DNA from: Alloprevotella sp.
Lineage (GTDB): Bacteria; Bacteroidota; Bacteroidia; Bacteroidales; Bacteroidaceae
Direction: 5' to 3'
DNA: 53,020 bases
Assembly (NCBI GenBank): GCA_051868755.1
Contig: JBJEAF010000072.1
Span: 1-53,020 of the forward strand
Below are positions 1 to 8,926 of the stretch, in pieces. The notes below the pieces were generated by a model that worked only from the letters and a program-made list of their open reading frames with translations, ran no database searches and was not told the origin of the DNA. A program made the translations under genes and the position numbers. Every line of letters begins with the position of its first letter. Within the stretch, counting starts at the first letter, position 1.

Positions 1-171
1 CAGGGCGCACTTCATCGCCTTGTTCAACCCAGGGCGATGCCCTGGGCTAAGCGCTTATGCCCCTTCGGGGCGTGCCTTGAACGCTTGCATTCACATATTT
101 ATCCAAAATCATGCACCGGGATTTCGGCTTGGGTCGCTTTTGGGCCTTCAGCCCGTGCCTTGAACGCTTGA
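1..171. repeat. Right arm of REPIN-like palindromic element (family A), truncated by window edge
   Basis: CAGGGCGCAC...CCCAGGGCGATGCCCTGGGCT...GCCCCTTCGGGGCGTGCCTTGAACGCTTG matches the right arms at ~24265-24353 and ~38075-38167. A second CCTTGAACGCTTG occurs at 158. Confidence 0.85.
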
Positions 172-318
172 ATACAAACAATCTATCATCGCACGACTTA
201 ATTTGCCCGTTTTTTCGAAATGTATGACTGGTTCATGGTTCAAACCTCAACAACTCCAAGGCGCAGAGACGCAGACATAAAAGGGAATGCGGGAAGGGGG
301 CATCTGGCTGGCCCAAAC

Positions 319-378
319 AAAAAAGTGCAAGTGAGAACAAGAGGCCAAGCGTACTTGGACCATTGTTCTCACTTGCAC
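319..378 (-). terminator. Intrinsic terminator of secDF
   Basis: 16-bp stem GTGCAAGTGAGAACAA (325-340) / TTGTTCTCACTTGCAC (363-378), followed on the minus strand by a U6 tract (A319-324). Confidence 0.75.
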
Positions 379-429
379 GAGCATGTGTATGGCGGCGCGT
401 GTGAACGCCGCGCTTAACGTGATGTCACC

Positions 430-3369
430 TTACTTGTTGCTCTCGCCTTCGAGCACCACCTGCTTGCGGCTCAGTGTGCGCAGGGCAATCGGAGCAGCCA
501 AGAAGATAGACGACAAGGTGCCGAAGACTACACCCAGAATCATGGCAAAGGCAAACGAGCGGATGCTGTCGCCACCGAGGAAGAAGATGCAAAGGAGCAC
601 CAGCAGGGTGGTGAGCGATGTCATGATCGTACGGCACAGCGTGCTGTTCAGTGATTCGTTGAACAGACGGCGCGTGTCGCGCGTGGGATAGAGGCCGAGG
701 TTCTCGCGCATACGGTCGAAGACTACCACCTTATCGTTGATAGAGTAACCGATAGCGGTCAGCACGGCACCGATGAAGGTCTGGTCAACTTCGAGCGAGA
801 AGGGTACCCAGCCCCAGCAGATGGAGTACATGCCGAGGATGAGCAGCGTGTCGAACACGAGGGCGACCGTCGAACCTACCGAGAAGGCCACGTTGCGGAA
901 GCGGATGAGGATGTAGATGAAGATGGCGATGAGCGAGAGGATAACCGATACCACAGCACTCTTGGCCATATCGGCTGCCACCGTAGGACCAACCTTCTGG
1001 GCCGAAACGATCGAGCCGCCGGCGTGGTTGTCGCGGTCGATGAAGGTCTTGTAGTCGGCCTTGATGAGTCCGGCTTCATGCAGGGCGTCGAAGATGAACT
1101 TCTCGACTTCCTGGTCGATGTTCTCGTTGTCGTCGTCGATGCGGTAGTTGGTGGTCAGACGCACTGCCTCGTTGTTGGTCGTAGTAATGGCAATGGCGCT
1201 CACGTTGGCATTGGGGTCCTTGGCGTTCACCTTGCTGGCCACAGCCTCACGCACCTGTTCGGGGGTCACGCCCTTCTGCTCGAACTCGATCACGTAGTTG
1301 CGACCGCCGGTGAAGTCAATGCCCTTCGAAAGGCCGCGCGTGCTGAGGAAGGCAATGGCCACTACAGCAGCGATGCAGAAGGCGGTCACCGTGGTCTTGG
1401 CCTTGCCCATGAAGTTCACGTGGGTGTTGGTCAGGAAGTTGCGGCTGATAGAGGTGGTGAAGGTGAGGTTGAGCCACTTGTCACGGTTGTGGAAGTGTTC
1501 GTAGACCATACGCGTAATCCACACGGCGGTGAAGAACGAGGCGCAGATGCCGATGCCGAGCGTCATGGCGAAGCCGCGGATAGGACCTGTACCGAAGTTG
1601 TAGAGGATGACTGCCGTGATGATGGACGTGAGGTTCGAGTCGAAGATGGCCGAGAATGCGTTGCCGTAACCGTCGGCCAGGGCGTTCTTGATGTTCTTGC
1701 CTGCACGCAGCTCTTCCTTGGTACGCTCATAGATGAGCACGTTGGCGTCGACCGCCATACCCAGTGCCAGCACCATACCGGCAATACCGCTCATGGTGAG
1801 GGCTGCCTGGAAGCTGACGAGCACACCGAAGGTGAAGAAGAAGTTGAGCAACAGGGCCACGTTGGCCACCATGCCGGGGATGAAGCCGTAGAAGAGGCAC
1901 ATGAAAATCATGAGGAGCACGAAGGCTACCACGCAGGCGGTGAAACCGGCCTGGATAGAGGCTGCACCGAGGCTCGGGCCTACGGTCTCTTCCTGCACAA
2001 TCTTGGTGGGGGCAGGCATCTTACCGCTCTTCAGCACGTTGGCCAAGTCGCGGGTGTCATCGGTGGTGAAGTGACCCGAAATCTGCGAATTGCCGCCGGT
2101 GATTTCGCTCTGCACCACGGGTGCGCTGTAAACGAAGCCGTCGAGCACGATGGCCACGCACTTCTTCAGGTTCTTCTTGGTGAGGGCAGCCCAGTCGCGT
2201 GCGCCGTTGGTCGTCATGGTCATGCTGACGATGGGCTGGTGGTTCTGGTCGAAGTCGTCCTTGGCATCGGCAATCACGTCGCCCTGCATGGAGGGCTGTC
2301 CGTTCACCTTGCGCAGGGCATAAAGCTCAAACACGTTGCCCTTCATGCCTTCGGCGCTCTTCACGCCCCAGGCCAACTGCAGGTCGGCGGGGAGCACGGC
2401 AGCTGCGGCCTCGCTCTGGATGCAGGCATTGACGGCTGCGGTGTCGCTTGCCATGCAGTAGCCTACGACACAGCCGTTGGGGGCCATGCCCTGTACCTGC
2501 ACGAGCTTCGAGAGCAGGGGATGCTGGTCGGCAGCGGTCTTGGCAGGAGCCTTGGCAGCCTTGGTCGAGTCGGTGGCCGTAGTGTCAGCCGGGGTGTTGC
2601 CCTTGGCCAGACGGGTGTCGAGGGCCTGGAGGGCCGGATATACTTCGTTGAGCGTATAGGTTTCCCAGAACTCAAGGTTGGCCGAACCCTGGAGCAGCTT
2701 GCGCACACGTTCGGGCTCCTTGATACCGGGCATTTCGACCATAATCTGGCCGATTTGTCCCTTGCCGCGCAGGATTTGGATGTTGGGCTGGGCCACGCCG
2801 AAGCGGTCGATACGCGAGCGTACCACCTTGTTGGAGTTTTCGACTGCGGCGTTCACCTCTTCGCCGAGCACCTTCTTCACGGCGTCATCGGTCGAGGTGT
2901 AGGTGATGTTTCTTTCCTTGAGTTTCGAGGCGAAGATGCCGCCCAGCTTGTCGTTGCCGTTTTGCTGACGATAGGTGCTCACGAAAGCCTCCACGAAGTC
3001 GGTGTTCTCCTTCTTGGCCAGCGCGAGTGCGTCTTTGTAGGCCTGCTTGAACTTGGGGTCATTGGCACTCTCGCCTGCGAGGTTCTTCACCACGTCGGGC
3101 ACGCTCACTTCGAGCACTACGTTCATACCGCCCTTGAGGTCGAGACCCAGACCGATTTGCAGTTCCTCACACTCCTTGAGCGTTTTCCAGTTCATGTAAA
3201 CTTTCTCGCTCCTCATGGAGTCTAAGTAGGCTGCGCCGTCCTTGCCTTGTGCCGTCAGCTCCTGCGCCTTCTTCTCGTACTTGTTCGTCACGAACGAGAA
3301 GGACAGGTAGAAGAGGCAAATCAAAGTCAGCAACACTGCAATTACTTTAACAAATCCTTTGTTTTGCAT
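430..3369 (-). CDS. secDF: Protein translocase subunit SecDF (fused)
   Basis: 979 aa. Motifs LGLDLKGG, GMAVDANVLIYER, GIDFTGG and GYSINDKVVVFDR; two TM bundles. Confidence 0.97.
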   Translation of the reverse strand: MQNKGFVKVIAVLLTLICLFYLSFSFVTNKYEKKAQELTAQGKDGAAYLDSMRSEKVYMNWKTLKECEELQIGLGLDLKGGMNVVLEVSVPDVVKNLAGESANDPKFKQAYKDALALAKKENTDFVEAFVSTYRQQNGNDKLGGIFASKLKERNITYTSTDDAVKKVLGEEVNAAVENSNKVVRSRIDRFGVAQPNIQILRGKGQIGQIMVEMPGIKEPERVRKLLQGSANLEFWETYTLNEVYPALQALDTRLAKGNTPADTTATDSTKAAKAPAKTAADQHPLLSKLVQVQGMAPNGCVVGYCMASDTAAVNACIQSEAAAAVLPADLQLAWGVKSAEGMKGNVFELYALRKVNGQPSMQGDVIADAKDDFDQNHQPIVSMTMTTNGARDWAALTKKNLKKCVAIVLDGFVYSAPVVQSEITGGNSQISGHFTTDDTRDLANVLKSGKMPAPTKIVQEETVGPSLGAASIQAGFTACVVAFVLLMIFMCLFYGFIPGMVANVALLLNFFFTFGVLVSFQAALTMSGIAGMVLALGMAVDANVLIYERTKEELRAGKNIKNALADGYGNAFSAIFDSNLTSIITAVILYNFGTGPIRGFAMTLGIGICASFFTAVWITRMVYEHFHNRDKWLNLTFTTSISRNFLTNTHVNFMGKAKTTVTAFCIAAVVAIAFLSTRGLSKGIDFTGGRNYVIEFEQKGVTPEQVREAVASKVNAKDPNANVSAIAITTTNNEAVRLTTNYRIDDDNENIDQEVEKFIFDALHEAGLIKADYKTFIDRDNHAGGSIVSAQKVGPTVAADMAKSAVVSVILSLIAIFIYILIRFRNVAFSVGSTVALVFDTLLILGMYSICWGWVPFSLEVDQTFIGAVLTAIGYSINDKVVVFDRMRENLGLYPTRDTRRLFNESLNSTLCRTIMTSLTTLLVLLCIFFLGGDSIRSFAFAMILGVVFGTLSSIFLAAPIALRTLSRKQVVLEGESNK

Positions 3370-3482
3370 TGTGTGATTGGTGTGATTATTGATTTATTTT
3401 TTTATGTTTTTTGTCTGTATGTCAAGGGCTGTGGCAGCCAGCGTACGGGCACAGTTAGCGCATAGGCACGCTTTTGAACGTG

Positions 3483-3490
3483 CAAATATA
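3483..3490 (-). promoter_or_regulatory. Bacteroidetes sigma-A -7 box (TATATTTG) for secDF
   Basis: Matches TAnnTTTG, ~115 bp upstream of the secDF ATG. Confidence 0.65.
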
Positions 3491-3659
3491 CGCGTTTTTT
3501 TAATTACAAGGTGTGTTTCAGTGGTTTTTGTGTCTTTATCAGCCGTTTGCAGCCCTTTTTGCGGGTCATGAAGGAGTGTTTAAGGGGGTGCCGGAGGCTG
3601 GCAGAGCGGGTCAGGACAAAAACATGCGGGATTCCTTTTGCCTTCCGCAAAGCTTGTAT

Positions 3660-3667
3660 TACTTTTG
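3660..3667 (+). promoter_or_regulatory. -7 box (TACTTTTG) for sialate O-acetylesterase gene
   Basis: TAnnTTTG ~15 bp before ATG 3682, supporting a start downstream of the ORF-track start. Confidence 0.65.
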
Positions 3668-3681
3668 CATCAACAACACGC

Positions 3682-5265
3682 ATGAACATGAAACCGACAC
3701 TTCCCATCCTTTGCCTGTGGTTTGCCCTGACACTGGCTGCCCTGCCGTGTGCAGCGCAGCGCAATCAGGCCGGCCGTAAGGCGTCACAGACCGACTCACT
3801 GCTGCTGCCGCCCACCTACTCCGACCACATGGTGCTGCAGCGCAATGTGCCCTTGCAGCTGGCCGGCACCGTGAAGCCCGGCACGCAGGTCAAGGTCACA
3901 CTGGGCCAAACACAGGCCACGGCCACGGCCGACAGCAAGGGACGCTTCAGCGTCAGCCTGCCCGCACGCGAAGCGGGCGGACCCTACAAGCTGCGCTTCG
4001 ACAGCGAGTGGGGAAGCCGCAGCTTCAGCGATGTCTATGTGGGCGAGGTGTGGCTCTGTTCGGGACAGTCGAACATGGAGCTGCGCGTAGCCGAGTGCAG
4101 CACGGCGGAGCGCGACCTGAAGCTGGCCGACCTGCTCACGCGCGTACACCTATATAATATGGAGAGCGGCTGGCCGCTCTATGCCGAAGTGTGGAACGAG
4201 GCCCGCATGGACTCCGTTGACCAGGGGCTGTTCATCCTGCCGGCGCAGTGGACGCGCTGCTCGGCCGAGACCGCCCGCCGCTTCTCGGCCATCGGCTTCC
4301 ACTTCGCCAAAGTGCTGAGCGACAGCCTGAAGTGCCATGTGGGCATTATCTGCAACGCCGTGGGCGGTTCGACCACCGAGGGCTGGATTGACCACGCCAC
4401 GCTGAGGGAACAGGTGCCCGAGGTGCTGCAAGGCGACTGGCTCGAAAACCGCAACATCATGGCTTGGGCGCGCAAGCGGGCCCAGCTCAACCTCCAACAG
4501 GCTGAAGGCAAAAGCCGCCGACACCCGTTCGAACCTACCTATTTATATGATGCAGCCACCCGCCCGCTGACTGACTATGCCATTCGCGGCGTACTGTGGT
4601 ACCAGGGTGAGTCGAACGCCGACTTGGTGAAGATGCACGAGCGGCTGTTCCCCTCCCTCGAAAATTCCTGGCGCAAGGCCTGGCGCAACGATGCGCTGCC
4701 TTTCTACTTCGTGCAGCTTTCGAGCCTCTCGACCCGACCTTCATGGCCTGCCTTCCGCGACAGCCAGCGCCGGCTGGCCGACAGCTTGGCCCACACCTAC
4801 ATGGTGGTGTCGAGCGATGTGGGCGACTCGCTCGACGTACACCCGCGCCGCAAGGCGATTGTAGGCCGCCGGTTGGCAGCCTCGGTGCTCCACCACACCT
4901 ATGGTTTCACACAGGTGGAGCCTTGCGGCCCGCAACCGCTCCGTGCCAGCAGCGAAAAGGCCGGACAGGTGCGCATCAGCTTTGACCATGCCGAAGGCCT
5001 GCGCATCATCGGCGCGCCCGACCCGTCCCACTTCGAGGTGTGCAGCCGCAGCGGCTACTTTGTGCCGGCCGACGAGCTGCACATTGAGGGCAATGAGGTG
5101 GTGCTGCTCAGCCGCCGCATCCCCATCCCCACGCAGGTGCGCTATGCCTGGAAACCCTTCACGCGCGCACTGCTCATCAACGCGGCAGGAATGCCCTGCT
5201 CCACCTTCCTGCTTCAGGTGGCCGACAAAAAGCACCAGGCCGGCAACAGCCGCGCAGCATTTTAG
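3682..5265 (+). CDS. Sialate O-acetylesterase (SASA/SGNH family), signal peptide
   Basis: Motifs SDHMVLQR, GEVWLCSGQSNM, RGVLWYQGESN, DVHPRRK and VRYAW. Start moved to MNMKPT (3682, alternatively 3688), ahead of the hydrophobic signal peptide. Confidence 0.9.
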   Translation: MNMKPTLPILCLWFALTLAALPCAAQRNQAGRKASQTDSLLLPPTYSDHMVLQRNVPLQLAGTVKPGTQVKVTLGQTQATATADSKGRFSVSLPAREAGGPYKLRFDSEWGSRSFSDVYVGEVWLCSGQSNMELRVAECSTAERDLKLADLLTRVHLYNMESGWPLYAEVWNEARMDSVDQGLFILPAQWTRCSAETARRFSAIGFHFAKVLSDSLKCHVGIICNAVGGSTTEGWIDHATLREQVPEVLQGDWLENRNIMAWARKRAQLNLQQAEGKSRRHPFEPTYLYDAATRPLTDYAIRGVLWYQGESNADLVKMHERLFPSLENSWRKAWRNDALPFYFVQLSSLSTRPSWPAFRDSQRRLADSLAHTYMVVSSDVGDSLDVHPRRKAIVGRRLAASVLHHTYGFTQVEPCGPQPLRASSEKAGQVRISFDHAEGLRIIGAPDPSHFEVCSRSGYFVPADELHIEGNEVVLLSRRIPIPTQVRYAWKPFTRALLINAAGMPCSTFLLQVADKKHQAGNSRAAF

Positions 5266-5318
5266 CGACGGGTAGTAATATTTAGCAGAATGCAGGGCCG
5301 ATAAACCGCGAAGTTTTG

Positions 5319-5326
5319 TACTTTTG
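5319..5326 (+). promoter_or_regulatory. -7 box (TACTTTTG) for mdh
   Basis: TAnnTTTG ~150 bp upstream of the mdh ATG. Confidence 0.6.
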
Positions 5327-5475
5327 CTGCGAAAACCCTGCCTGCATGTCCCGCCTGACCGAAGCCGGGGTCAGACAAGGGCCGGAACGGACTCACCGCC
5401 GCCCGGCTGCCCACAGCCCACCAGCGGGCACGGGCCTTCGCATGTCCTTTCTACACATATTAAATACTTACAACT

Positions 5476-6468
5476 ATGGCTTTTTTAACTGACGAAAAAC
5501 TCGTGATTGTCGGTGCCGCCGGCATGATTGGTTCCAACATGGTACAGACTGCCCTGATGATGGGCCTGACCAGCAACATCTGCCTCTACGACGTGTTCTC
5601 GCCCGAAGGTGTGGCTGAGGAGATGCGCCAGAGCGGCTTCGGCGACGTGAACATCGTGGCTACTACCGACGTGGCCGAGGCTTTCAAGGACGCCAAGTAC
5701 ATCATCTCGTCGGGCGGTGCCCCCCGCAAGGAAGGCATGACGCGCGAAGACCTCCTGAAGGGCAACTGCGAAATCGCCGAGCAGTTGGGCAAGAACATCA
5801 AGACCTACTGCCCCGACGTGAAGCACGTGGTCATCATCTTCAACCCCGCTGACCTCACGGGCCTCGTAACCCTGCTCTACAGCGGCCTGAAACCCTCTCA
5901 GGTTACCACGCTGGCCGCCCTCGACTCTACCCGCCTCCAGAGCGCACTGGCCAAGAAGTTCGGTGTGATGCAGAGCGAAGTGAAGGGCTGCGCCACCTAC
6001 GGCGGCCACGGCGAGCAGATGGCTGTGTTCGGCAGCAAGGTGACCATCGACGGCCGCAAGCTCACCGACATCATCGGCACCGACGAGTTCCCCGAAGCTG
6101 AATGGGCACAGATGCGTCAGGATGTAATCCAGGGCGGTGCCAAGATTATCGAGCTGCGCCGCCGCTCTTCGTTCCAGAGCCCGGCCTACCTCTCTGTCGA
6201 GATGATTCGCTCGGTGATGGGTGGCGAAGCCTTCCGCTTCCCCGCCGGCACATTTGTCAACAACGACAAGTACAGCCACATCATGATGGCTATGGACACC
6301 ACGCTCGACACCAACGGCTGCACCTACAAGATGCCCGAAGGAACTGCCGACGAACTGGCCGCACTGGATGCCAGCTACGCCCACCTCTGCAAGATGCGCG
6401 ACGAGCTGGTTACGCTCAACATCGTTCCCGAAATCTCGAAGTGGAGCGAAATCAACCCGAACTTGTAA
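5476..6468 (+). CDS. mdh: Malate dehydrogenase (LDH/MDH family)
   Basis: Rossmann motif IVGAAGMIGS; PRKEGMTREDLL, NPAD, LDSTR and YGGHGE. Confidence 0.93.
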   Translation: MAFLTDEKLVIVGAAGMIGSNMVQTALMMGLTSNICLYDVFSPEGVAEEMRQSGFGDVNIVATTDVAEAFKDAKYIISSGGAPRKEGMTREDLLKGNCEIAEQLGKNIKTYCPDVKHVVIIFNPADLTGLVTLLYSGLKPSQVTTLAALDSTRLQSALAKKFGVMQSEVKGCATYGGHGEQMAVFGSKVTIDGRKLTDIIGTDEFPEAEWAQMRQDVIQGGAKIIELRRRSSFQSPAYLSVEMIRSVMGGEAFRFPAGTFVNNDKYSHIMMAMDTTLDTNGCTYKMPEGTADELAALDASYAHLCKMRDELVTLNIVPEISKWSEINPNL

Positions 6469-6533
6469 CAAGCCCTGGGCTTGCATGGGTTCGCCCCTTG
6501 CCTGCACCGTCTGGGTGCCGGGCCGTTTAACCC

Positions 6534-6576
6534 ACAGGAGGCTGTCGCCGTGGCGACAGCCTCCTGTTATTTTTTT
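6534..6576 (+). terminator. Intrinsic terminator of mdh
   Basis: ACAGGAGGCTGTCGCC-GT-GGCGACAGCCTCCTGT followed by a T tract. Confidence 0.85.
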
Positions 6577-6630
6577 GCGGTCAACCTGTCTGGATGCCGG
6601 ACTGCGGTACGACACCCGACAGCAAGGCAC

Positions 6631-6692
6631 AAAAAAAGGGATACCACTGTATCCCAACCTTGTTAACCTTAAATCTAATACTATGAAAAACA
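6631..6692 (-). ncRNA. Putative ~60-nt Bacteroidales small RNA
   Basis: Minus-strand TATCTTTG -7 box (6698-6705) with TTG 19 bp upstream. Body TGTTTTTCATAGTATTAGATTTAAGGTTAACAAGGTT, then GGGATAC-AGTG-GTATCCC-U7 terminator. No ORF inside. Confidence 0.7.
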
Positions 6693-6881
6693 CGTTGCAA
6701 AGATACGGGCTTCGTGGGAAAATGCAAGAGTTTCGTCTATTTTTTTGACCGGAAAGAAGGTTTTTTTCTTCTTTTATTCCCGTTTTGTTACGTCCACCAT
6801 ACAAAGCGCACCTTTTTTACAACAACCTCCCCGAAACTGCCTCTTGCAGAGCCGGCTTCGGGGAGGTCGAAAAGGAGAATC

Positions 6882-7883
6882 TTAGAAACGGTAGCCCAGG
6901 GCTAAGCGCAACGGGTGACCCAAGTAGCCGCTTTTGCCGTTGGACAATGTGTAGTAGCCCAGCGAGAGGTCCAGGGCGTTCTTGCTGCCAACCGACATGC
7001 TCAGGCCCACTGAGGGGTTGATGGAGATGATGCCGGCGTAGTCGATGCCGCCGAAGGCGTTGTAACCCACTTCGAGCTGGCCGAAGGGGTGCACTTTGTC
7101 AATGACCTTGACCTCGTTGAAGTCATAGCGGCCGCGGGCCATCACCACGAGGTAAATCTTGTTCTCATCGTCCCAATCTTCCTTCAGGTTCGACCGGCCC
7201 AGACCGATAGACGGACCTACGCTCAGGTTCTTGGCGACCTGGGCCATCGTCGTGTAGCGCAGGCCGAAGGTCTTGCTGCTGTGACAGGTTTCAACGCCCT
7301 TGTTGTCAGGTCCGAAGCTGGTGTAAGCCTCCAGTTCGAGCGTGTGGTTCAGTTTCTTCAGGAAATTGCTGAAGCCGCGTCCGCGGGTGTCGAAGTTCAG
7401 GCCGGCAGTGAAGCCCAGGAAGTCGCCGCCGCCACCCTTGACAATGGTGCGGGTATAGCCGAATCCGAGGCTGAAGAGGGTGTTCTTGGCGATAGGCACC
7501 TTCACGCCCACTGCGGGATTGATGCGGGCCACGCTGTTGTCACCTTCGGTGTTGACGTCGTAGCCCACGGCGAGCGACACGTAGGGCGTGATGCTGCCTG
7601 AGGTGGGGAAGTTCACTTCGCCACGGGCAAACAGGGGGATGGCCACGGTCTCAAAGCCGTCGTCCATGCTGATGCCGGCACCCATGCCAAAGTAGAACTG
7701 GTCGCTGAAGTAGTGGCCGTATTCCGGGGTTAACGACACGGCACCGCCTGTGCCCTCGGTCAGGCCGAATGTGTAGCCTGCAGTGACACGGAATTCGTCG
7801 GTTCCCTTCTTGCCCGTCTGGGCGTTTACGTTTGTACACAATGCCAGGGCTGCGATACCCAAGGCTAAAACACGATGTCTCAT
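6882..7883 (-). CDS. Outer-membrane beta-barrel protein, two tandem small-barrel domains
   Basis: Signal peptide MRHRVLALGIAALALCTNVNA, alternating beta-strand pattern, internal repeat (PYVSLAVGY..INPAVG / PFGQLEVGY..INPSVG), terminal GYRF. -7 box TAATTTTG at 8044-8051 (minus). Confidence 0.8.
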   Translation of the reverse strand: MRHRVLALGIAALALCTNVNAQTGKKGTDEFRVTAGYTFGLTEGTGGAVSLTPEYGHYFSDQFYFGMGAGISMDDGFETVAIPLFARGEVNFPTSGSITPYVSLAVGYDVNTEGDNSVARINPAVGVKVPIAKNTLFSLGFGYTRTIVKGGGGDFLGFTAGLNFDTRGRGFSNFLKKLNHTLELEAYTSFGPDNKGVETCHSSKTFGLRYTTMAQVAKNLSVGPSIGLGRSNLKEDWDDENKIYLVVMARGRYDFNEVKVIDKVHPFGQLEVGYNAFGGIDYAGIISINPSVGLSMSVGSKNALDLSLGYYTLSNGKSGYLGHPLRLALGYRF

Positions 7884-8188
7884 AAGTTGAATCTTTGTGT
7901 CTTCGGCTCCCATCCAAGACAGTTGTACTTACCTGTAGTTTTGTGAAAAGCGTGGAGCCCGCGCTTTAATATTTGTTTCGTTTTTCGCATGAAGCATGCT
8001 GCCTAATCTTCCGCCAAAATAGTCGAAAGGTTCTTTCACGCCGCAAAATTAAGCATTGGCTGTCTCTGATTGATATATTTTTATAAAAAGATTGATTCCG
8101 CTGTGTGTTGATATTTAAATTTCTTGTCCGTAATTTGTACGCCCGCTTCGGCTGACGGGCATGAACATTGCACGCTTGATATATTTTA

Positions 8189-8677
8189 GGCGGGCCTTTG
8201 CCCGCTACGCTCCTCCTTTTTATACGCATTTTTAAAGCCGTAAAAATCGTTCAACCCTTCAGCCAACCCTTCATTATCGTTGATTCTCAGTAGGAAAGTG
8301 GCTGAAGGGTTTTGTTTTCAAACCCTTCAGGAAGGTTCAGCCGTGATTTTTCTTTCAGCCTCACCCTGTCTTCTGTCCCCCCCTGGTTCCATGCAATCAA
8401 GTCCAGACCTTGGTGCGACAACTCGCCGAGTTGTCACGTCTGGCCCGGCCTCCGTTTTACTGAGGACCGGGCCTTTGTGGAGAGACTCTTTGCTTGCACC
8501 CGGCCTTATCGCGGCTGAAGGGTTGGCTGAATAGGCTGAAGGGTTTGAAAGCAAAACCCTTCAGCCACTTTTCCTCTGAGAATCAACCATAATGAAGGGG
8601 TGGCTGAAGGGTTGAACGATTTTTACGGCTTTAAAAATGCGTATAAAAAGGAGGAGCATAGCGGGCTAACGCCCGCC
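8189..8677. mobile_element. Non-coding 489-bp element with ~142-bp inverted arms (MITE/fold-back-like)
   Basis: 8189-8330 is the reverse complement of 8536-8677 with about 9 mismatches. GCGGGC-N4-GCCCGC hairpins at both tips, iterated GGCTGAAGGG motifs, no credible ORF. Mobility is inferred, not shown. Confidence 0.6.
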
Positions 8678-8692
8678 AGTTGTCAAACAACG

Positions 8693-8809
8693 AAAACAAG
8701 CGGGCTGGAAGCCCGCCCTCCCAGCCCGAGCGCTTCAAGCCGGCGGTTGTCAAGCCAATTTGAAGCGACGGTGCACTGGGAGGGCGTGGCTTCCAGCCCG
8801 CCCGTTTTC
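8693..8809. repeat. Inverted REP doublet (family B: CTGGGAG + GCGGGC-TTCCA-GCCCGC)
   Basis: GCGGGCTGGAAGCCCGCCCTCCCAG (8700-8724) and CTGGGAGGGCGTGGCTTCCAGCCCGC (8776-8801) in inverted orientation, with inner CGCTTCAA/TTGAAGCG pairing. Confidence 0.75.
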
Positions 8810-8910
8810 AAACAATGGTTTGCACTAACTTTGAATAAGTTAGGCGGCACCTCAGCAGTGCAAGGGAAAACTTTTTCAAAGCTTTCCCTTGCACTGCCTT
8901 CGGTTTGCAC

Positions 8911-8918
8911 TAACTTTG
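8911..8918 (+). promoter_or_regulatory. -7 box (TAACTTTG) for miaB; duplicated at 8826-8833
   Basis: TAnnTTTG 8 bp before ATG 8927, with TTG 19 bp upstream. The 17-mer GGTTTGCACTAACTTTG is repeated at 8817 and 8902. Confidence 0.65.
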
Positions 8919-8926
8919 CCGCCAAT

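Noticed and set aside
1024-3225. Long antisense ORFs (also 13528-15978, 16984-18882, 21908-23782, 33281-35458, 35809-37161, 51814-52800)
   Set aside because: They mirror well-supported genes on the opposite strand, have V/G/H/E-biased composition and show no motifs. This is the expected shadow of GC-rich codon usage.
5485-6804. 439-aa minus-strand ORF containing YLCNVFFIVLDLRL
   Set aside because: It is antisense to mdh and crosses a promoter and terminator. The segment is better explained as an sRNA gene.
8331-8535. Classical Bacteroides invertible promoter
   Set aside because: The core has no TAnnTTTG box that I can find, the arms are far longer than typical invertase sites, and no recombinase is nearby. 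Inversion itself is not excluded.
8600-8926. N-terminal extension of MiaB (similarly for ORFs at 3511, 13640, 18898, 29374, 29670, 42413)
   Set aside because: The extensions run through repeats or promoter boxes. Homology or signal peptides begin at the downstream ATGs.
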